From positions 28,548-92,547 of the forward strand of contig CALAOR010000089.1 in assembly GCA_937889595.1 (NCBI GenBank): 64,000 bases of DNA. Direction: 5' to 3'. Under the pieces are notes generated by a model. It saw nothing but the letters and a program-made list of their open reading frames with translations, searched no databases and was not told the origin of the DNA. The DNA is from an uncultured bacterium (GTDB taxonomy: Bacteria > Oederibacteriota > PGYV01 > Palsa-1178). How positions within the stretch are numbered: the first letter of the stretch is position 1; each line of letters begins with the position of its first letter. Below are positions 59,631-64,000 of the stretch, piece by piece. Both the position numbers and the translations under genes were made by a program.

Positions 59631-60974
59631 TTAGAACGGCATACCCGGCATGCCGGGGAAGCCCCCTCCGCCCATGCCATGCTTCCTGCGGCCCACGCTT
59701 TTCATCATTTTCCTGACCTGCGCGAACTGCTTTAACAGCCGTGAAACGTTTTCGGTCCTAACCCCGCTGCCTTTTGCTATTCTTGCTTTGCGCGAGGAGT
59801 CTATGATCTCCGGATGGTTGCGTTCTCTTTTGGTCATTGAAAGTATGATGGCTTCCGTGTGTTTAAGTTCTTTTTCATCCATGTTTACGTTTGACAGGCC
59901 CATCTTCTGCGCGCCGGGGAGCATTTTCAATATATCCTCCATGGGGCCCATTTTTTTCATCTGCTGCATCTGTTCCAAAAAGTCCTCAAGGTTAAATGAA
60001 TTCTTCCTGAATTTTTCCTCGGTTCTTTTTGCCTGCTCCATATCCATGCCGGCGCTTACTTTTTCAACCAATGACACCACATCGCCCATGCCCAGTATCC
60101 TGGAGGCTATCCTGTCAGGGTGAAAAAGCTCAAGCTTGTCGGTTTTTTCGCCTGTTCCCATGAACTTGATGGGGACATTTGCAGTGTGTTTCATAGAAAG
60201 CGCTGCGCCGCCCCTGGCGTCGCCGTCTATTTTTGTGAGTATAAGGCCTGTTATGCCGAGCGCGTTATTGAAATTCCTGGCGACATTGACCGACTCCTGG
60301 CCGAGCATGGAGTCGGCAACAAGGAATATTTCCCTGAAAGGGATGGCTTGTTTCATTTTTTTCAGTTCTTCTATCATATCGTCGTCTATGTGCAGCCGGC
60401 CTGCGGTGTCGAAAATAACAGCGTCATAAACCCTGGTTTCCAGTTCCTTATAAGCGTTAACCGCAATTTTAACTGCGTCATTATGGGGTTCCGTATAAAA
60501 TGAGGCATTTACGGTCTTTGAAAGTTTTTCAAGCTGTTCCTTTGCGGCGGGCCTGTAGGTGTCGGCTCCGACAAGCAGAATCTTTTCAAACTTTTTTTCA
60601 TGTATCAGATAATTCGCGAGTTTCGCGGCCGTAGTGGTTTTGCCGGAGCCCTGCAGGCCGATTAAAAGTATCAAAAGCGGCCTGTTGGAAACGTCGATCC
60701 CGATGTTTTTATCGCCAAGGAATGAAACCAGCTCGTCATGCACGATCTTTATGAACTGCTGTCCCGGGGATATGGATCTCAGTACTTCTCCACCCAGGGC
60801 TTTCTGTTTCACCGTTTCTATAAAACTTTTTACGACTTTGTAGTTTACATCGGCTTCGAGCAGGGACATGCGTATGTCTTTTAAAGCGTCTTCGATATTT
60901 TTTTCGCTGATTACCCCGGTGCCTTTTATTTTTCTTATGACTTCGTATAGCTTGCTTGAAACAGCATCAAACAT
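59631..60974 (-). CDS. ffh: Signal recognition particle protein Ffh
   Basis: The NG domain carries GLQGSGKTTT, the M domain is methionine-rich, and there is a C-terminal GMPGMPF tail. Confidence 0.9.
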   Translation of the reverse strand: MFDAVSSKLYEVIRKIKGTGVISEKNIEDALKDIRMSLLEADVNYKVVKSFIETVKQKALGGEVLRSISPGQQFIKIVHDELVSFLGDKNIGIDVSNRPLLILLIGLQGSGKTTTAAKLANYLIHEKKFEKILLVGADTYRPAAKEQLEKLSKTVNASFYTEPHNDAVKIAVNAYKELETRVYDAVIFDTAGRLHIDDDMIEELKKMKQAIPFREIFLVADSMLGQESVNVARNFNNALGITGLILTKIDGDARGGAALSMKHTANVPIKFMGTGEKTDKLELFHPDRIASRILGMGDVVSLVEKVSAGMDMEQAKRTEEKFRKNSFNLEDFLEQMQQMKKMGPMEDILKMLPGAQKMGLSNVNMDEKELKHTEAIILSMTKRERNHPEIIDSSRKARIAKGSGVRTENVSRLLKQFAQVRKMMKSVGRRKHGMGGGGFPGMPGMPF

Positions 60975-60975
60975 T

Positions 60976-61671
60976 TTATTGCTTCTTGGGCATGAGTCGG
61001 GGATCGATATCGCGCCAAAAAGACGCGCGGAGTTCCTTTATGGCTTGTGCCGGGTTCTTTGACCCGAATATGGCATTGCCGGCCACGATCGCGTCCACGC
61101 CGGCGCTGCAGGCTAAATGGGCATTTTCCCTGTTAATGCCGCCGTCTATTTCAATTATGCAGTTTAATTTATTGCTGTCTATTATTGACCTGAAATCCCT
61201 GACTTTGTCCAGCATTGGCTCCATGAATTTCTGGCCGCCAAAGCCGGGTTCCACGCTCATGACCAGTACAAGGTCAAGGTTTTCCATATATTTATGGAGG
61301 GTCTTAGATGGTGTATCGGGCTTGATGGAAACGCCGATCTTTTTGCCGCGGTCCTTTACCTGCTTTATCATGGCTTTCATGTCTTTGACAGCTTCCATAT
61401 GCACGGTGACGATATCAGCGCCTGCGTCAATAAATAAGTCCGCATACTTGTCCGGGTTTAAGATCATGAGGTGTGTGTCAAATACGATTTTTGTCAGGGC
61501 GCGGAGCGGCTTCATGATCTTTGGCCCGAAAGTGATGGCGGGCACGAAGTTGCCGTCCATGACATCAAAGTGTATGAATTCGGCTTTGGCCTTATCCAGC
61601 ATTTTTATGGTGGATTTTATCTCGGAAAAATCAGAGTCGAGAATGGAAGGAGAAAGCATAACTTTGCGCAT
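60976..61671 (-). CDS. rpe: Ribulose-phosphate 3-epimerase
   Basis: N-terminus reads LSPSILDSDFSEI...IHFDVMDGNFVPAITFGP; length is 231 aa. Confidence 0.85.
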   Translation of the reverse strand: MRKVMLSPSILDSDFSEIKSTIKMLDKAKAEFIHFDVMDGNFVPAITFGPKIMKPLRALTKIVFDTHLMILNPDKYADLFIDAGADIVTVHMEAVKDMKAMIKQVKDRGKKIGVSIKPDTPSKTLHKYMENLDLVLVMSVEPGFGGQKFMEPMLDKVRDFRSIIDSNKLNCIIEIDGGINRENAHLACSAGVDAIVAGNAIFGSKNPAQAIKELRASFWRDIDPRLMPKKQ

Positions 61672-62622
61672 TTAGTTTTTAAACTCCATTTCCTTCGCGA
61701 TCTCGGTCCCGCTCCATATCTGGACAAGCGCCTCGCCGCGTATGGCGGCGTTTATGTTGATAGGTTCGTTGGGCTGGGCCACTTCATTATATACGGTTTC
61801 GCTGCCGTTTAAACTGAGCACATTGATCCTGACCAGTTTCGGGAGATTTTCAGGGTTTGCGTATGCGATCTTTATCATGCGCTTTTTAAGCGTTGTGTCG
61901 GATTCCTTTATGCTTGCATTGATCGATATCGGTGTTTTTTCATTTATCATATAACCGGCCGGAGGCTCCTGGTTCAGTATGGTGCCTGAGGCAATTTCCT
62001 CGCTGGGTTCCACCGTGAGTTTTTCGACCAAAAGCTTGTTTTTTCGCAGCGACTGAAAAGCGTCAAAAGTGTTCCTGCCGGTTAAGTCGGGCATAAGATA
62101 ATCTGTTTTGCGCGGGCCGGACGACCTGAGCATGTTGACTTTGATGCCGGCAGGTGATTCCTGACCCGCAGGCGGGGACTGCGATATGACCGTAGTGTCC
62201 TTGTAAATTGACGAGAAAACCACGGTGTCATCACCCTCCAAAAGCCCGGCGTTCCTGACCAGTACCAAAGCCGCTGATCTTGACTGCGCGGCTATATCGG
62301 GTATTATCACTGTTTTTGAGCCTTTGCTGACAACTATGTAAACGGTCCTGCCTTTTTTTATTTCCGTGCGCGCCGGGATGTCCTGCGATACGACGCAGCC
62401 AACCTCGTAAATAGGGCTGTAAATCTCATCGTCGATTTTCAGGTCTATCTTCATCCTTTGCGCCATTTTCTGGGCCTTTTCGGTTTTTATGCCGCTAAAA
62501 TCAGGCATTGAAATGGTGGAAAACATGAAAATAACCTTCGTAATTGCGGCAGCGCTGATGAGCATAAGAAGCACTCCCAGAACGGCAAGTTTCAATATGT
62601 AGGATACTTTTACTTTTTCCAT
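61672..62622 (-). CDS. Membrane-anchored PASTA-domain protein with no kinase domain
   Basis: An N-terminal TM helix is followed by about three PASTA-like repeats, for example GCVVSQDIPARTEIKKGRTVYIVVSKG. No Ser/Thr kinase motifs are present. Confidence 0.5.
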   Translation of the reverse strand: MEKVKVSYILKLAVLGVLLMLISAAAITKVIFMFSTISMPDFSGIKTEKAQKMAQRMKIDLKIDDEIYSPIYEVGCVVSQDIPARTEIKKGRTVYIVVSKGSKTVIIPDIAAQSRSAALVLVRNAGLLEGDDTVVFSSIYKDTTVISQSPPAGQESPAGIKVNMLRSSGPRKTDYLMPDLTGRNTFDAFQSLRKNKLLVEKLTVEPSEEIASGTILNQEPPAGYMINEKTPISINASIKESDTTLKKRMIKIAYANPENLPKLVRINVLSLNGSETVYNEVAQPNEPININAAIRGEALVQIWSGTEIAKEMEFKN

Positions 62623-62853
62623 TTTATTCCTTTCGGGTGTACTTAAAACATGCGATTATTATAAGTAAATATGGGGATTTTTGCAAGAAATTTGTTGCGG
62701 TCCGACAAACGCGATAGACCTGTTTTTATTGTTCAAAAACATAATATCTGTATTTAACGTTTTTATTGTTGCCTTTGTTGATGCGGGTGATAAAATGTAA
62801 CAAGTCCGGTTTTAGACCCGGGCAATAATATAAATATATAAAAGGATATCCGC

Positions 62854-63585
62854 ATGCTCAGCCAGATGTTTTTCATTATCACAGTATCATTGTTCGACAG
62901 TTTTTCCACAACCCAGCAAATCATAGTTTTTATCCTTATACTTACTACCGTTAATCCGGTCAGGAACTCGCTTTCTTACCTCGCGGGGCTGTCAATTTCT
63001 TATTTTGTCTGCGGTATTATCGGGTTTATGGCGCTTGATAAGCTTAATGCCTTTGTCGCCAGGTTCTTTGTCAAACCTGCGGGCGTTTCCGACGCCATGT
63101 ACTACCACACCCAGATATTCATCGGCATCGTATTCGCGGCAATTGGGATAATTAATTATATGATGAAAAGGAATTCAACAAAGCCGCCAATGGAAAATGC
63201 CGTAATACAGAGGCTTAAAAATATGAACGGATTTGCTGCTTTTGGGATCGGGGTATTCATATCCGTGTCCGGTTTCCCGCTTTCCCTTCCTTATATAGCC
63301 GCGCTGGGGAAGTTCGCCCTTCTGCAAATGGGCATGCCTGAGGTTGTTTTGTGCCTGGTGCTTTATAACATCATTTACGCGCTGCCTATGGCCGTGATCT
63401 TTGTAATATACCTGCATGCCGCGGGGAAAAGTGAAAACATCCATGATAGACTGCACGAAAGGGCCCGCAGCCTCAATCTTAAACTAACATCCGCCATGTT
63501 CGTGGGCATGGGGCTGCTTTCGATTGCGGACGCTCTTTTTTATTTTCTGAGCGGCCACCCCTTGCTTAAAAACAGGTATTTTTAA
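62854..63585 (+). CDS. Polytopic membrane protein (possibly GAP/Sap-like family)
   Basis: 243 aa with about six TM helices. Confidence 0.35.
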   Translation: MLSQMFFIITVSLFDSFSTTQQIIVFILILTTVNPVRNSLSYLAGLSISYFVCGIIGFMALDKLNAFVARFFVKPAGVSDAMYYHTQIFIGIVFAAIGIINYMMKRNSTKPPMENAVIQRLKNMNGFAAFGIGVFISVSGFPLSLPYIAALGKFALLQMGMPEVVLCLVLYNIIYALPMAVIFVIYLHAAGKSENIHDRLHERARSLNLKLTSAMFVGMGLLSIADALFYFLSGHPLLKNRYF

Positions 63586-63714
63586 TCTTTATAAACCGCT
63601 GCCGAAATAAGTCTATAAAAAGCGGAATACCGCAATATCATTATTTGCCCCCCCTGTGTATTATTAACCATCGAAATGCGCATATTGAAACTTAAAAGAA
63701 GGGAGGAATCTAAA

Positions 63715-63987
63715 ATGAAAAATATAATAATCTCGGTATTGGCCATTGTTTTTATGGCGTCAATCGCGTTTGCGGCTGACAAAACCACAACAACGACCAC
63801 CACGGAAAAAACTGTAATTACAAAAGACGCGCCTGTGGATGCAGCTGGAAACACTGCGGCGGCAAAAAAGCACGCGAAAAAGGTAAAGCATGCCAAGAAA
63901 GCGGTAAAAGACGCTACGGCAGCGGTAACAACAACGGCCAAAGCTTTAGGTGAGGCAGTGGCTGAAGAAACGAAAATAGCAAAATAG
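63715..63987 (+). CDS. Small secreted protein with a Thr-rich stretch and a Lys/Ala-rich basic region
   Basis: An RBS (gggagga) and a signal peptide (MKNIIISVLAIVFMASIAFA) are present. Notable stretches are TTTTTTEKT and AKKHAKKVKHAKKAVK. Confidence 0.45.
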   Translation: MKNIIISVLAIVFMASIAFAADKTTTTTTTEKTVITKDAPVDAAGNTAAAKKHAKKVKHAKKAVKDATAAVTTTAKALGEAVAEETKIAK

Positions 63988-64000
63988 AATTAAAAGCATG

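Noticed and set aside
60956-61812. + strand ORFs (60956..61675, 61471..61812) antisense to rpe/ffh
   Set aside because: The minus-strand genes have clear family signatures. The + ORFs are Ser/Met-rich with no start signals.

Overview
The window is 64 kb of bacterial chromosome, about 47% GC by eye, with genes almost entirely on the + strand. Cell-surface features (a type IX-secretion-style C-terminal sorting domain, a type IV pilus cluster, FadL/PorV-like outer-membrane barrels) suggest an uncultivated diderm; I cannot assign it further from sequence alone.

In order along the window:
1. The 3' end of a large secreted PT-linker protein carrying a T9SS-type C-terminal domain.
2. An 872-aa lipoprotein with two duplicated domains and a 7-blade beta-propeller.
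3. A MORN-repeat protein.
4. A DUF151 bifunctional-nuclease gene followed by a complete F1Fo ATP synthase operon (atpZ-like, atpI, B, E, F, H, A, G, D, C).
5. A CE4 polysaccharide deacetylase.
6. Two FadL/PorV-like outer-membrane proteins flanking an orphan MalK-type ABC ATPase.
7. GH94 cellobiose phosphorylase and glgA.
8. tRNA-Glu, followed by an AT-rich genomic island. The island holds a four-helix-bundle (23S rRNA IVS-type) protein, a tightly coupled cassette of three small unknown genes, a (CCAA)14 microsatellite and a lipoprotein.
9. A DUF1801 protein, a lipoprotein serpin and a GH13 alpha-glucan hydrolase.
10. A full type IV pilus cluster: PilZ, pilT, pilC, pilin, pilD, pilMNOPQ.
11. 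aroC, aroK and aroB.
12. A TPR-Roadblock protein plus a Roadblock/MglB-like protein, a membrane protein and an FtsB-like protein.
13. An RHH antitoxin with a RelE/ParE toxin.
14. tRNA-fMet and tRNA-Leu on the minus strand, then mnmG (-) and rlmN.
15. A sugar ABC importer: substrate-binding protein plus two permeases, one of them carrying a large periplasmic lipoyl-like insertion.
16. An oppBCDF-like operon without a substrate-binding gene.
17. ffh, rpe and a kinase-less PASTA protein (all -), and two small membrane or secreted proteins.

Several families of intergenic repeats and structured elements are present. Two of them show compensatory base changes between copies. The AT-rich island cassette next to tRNA-Glu is my best candidate for an undescribed (defence- or toxin-like) system.
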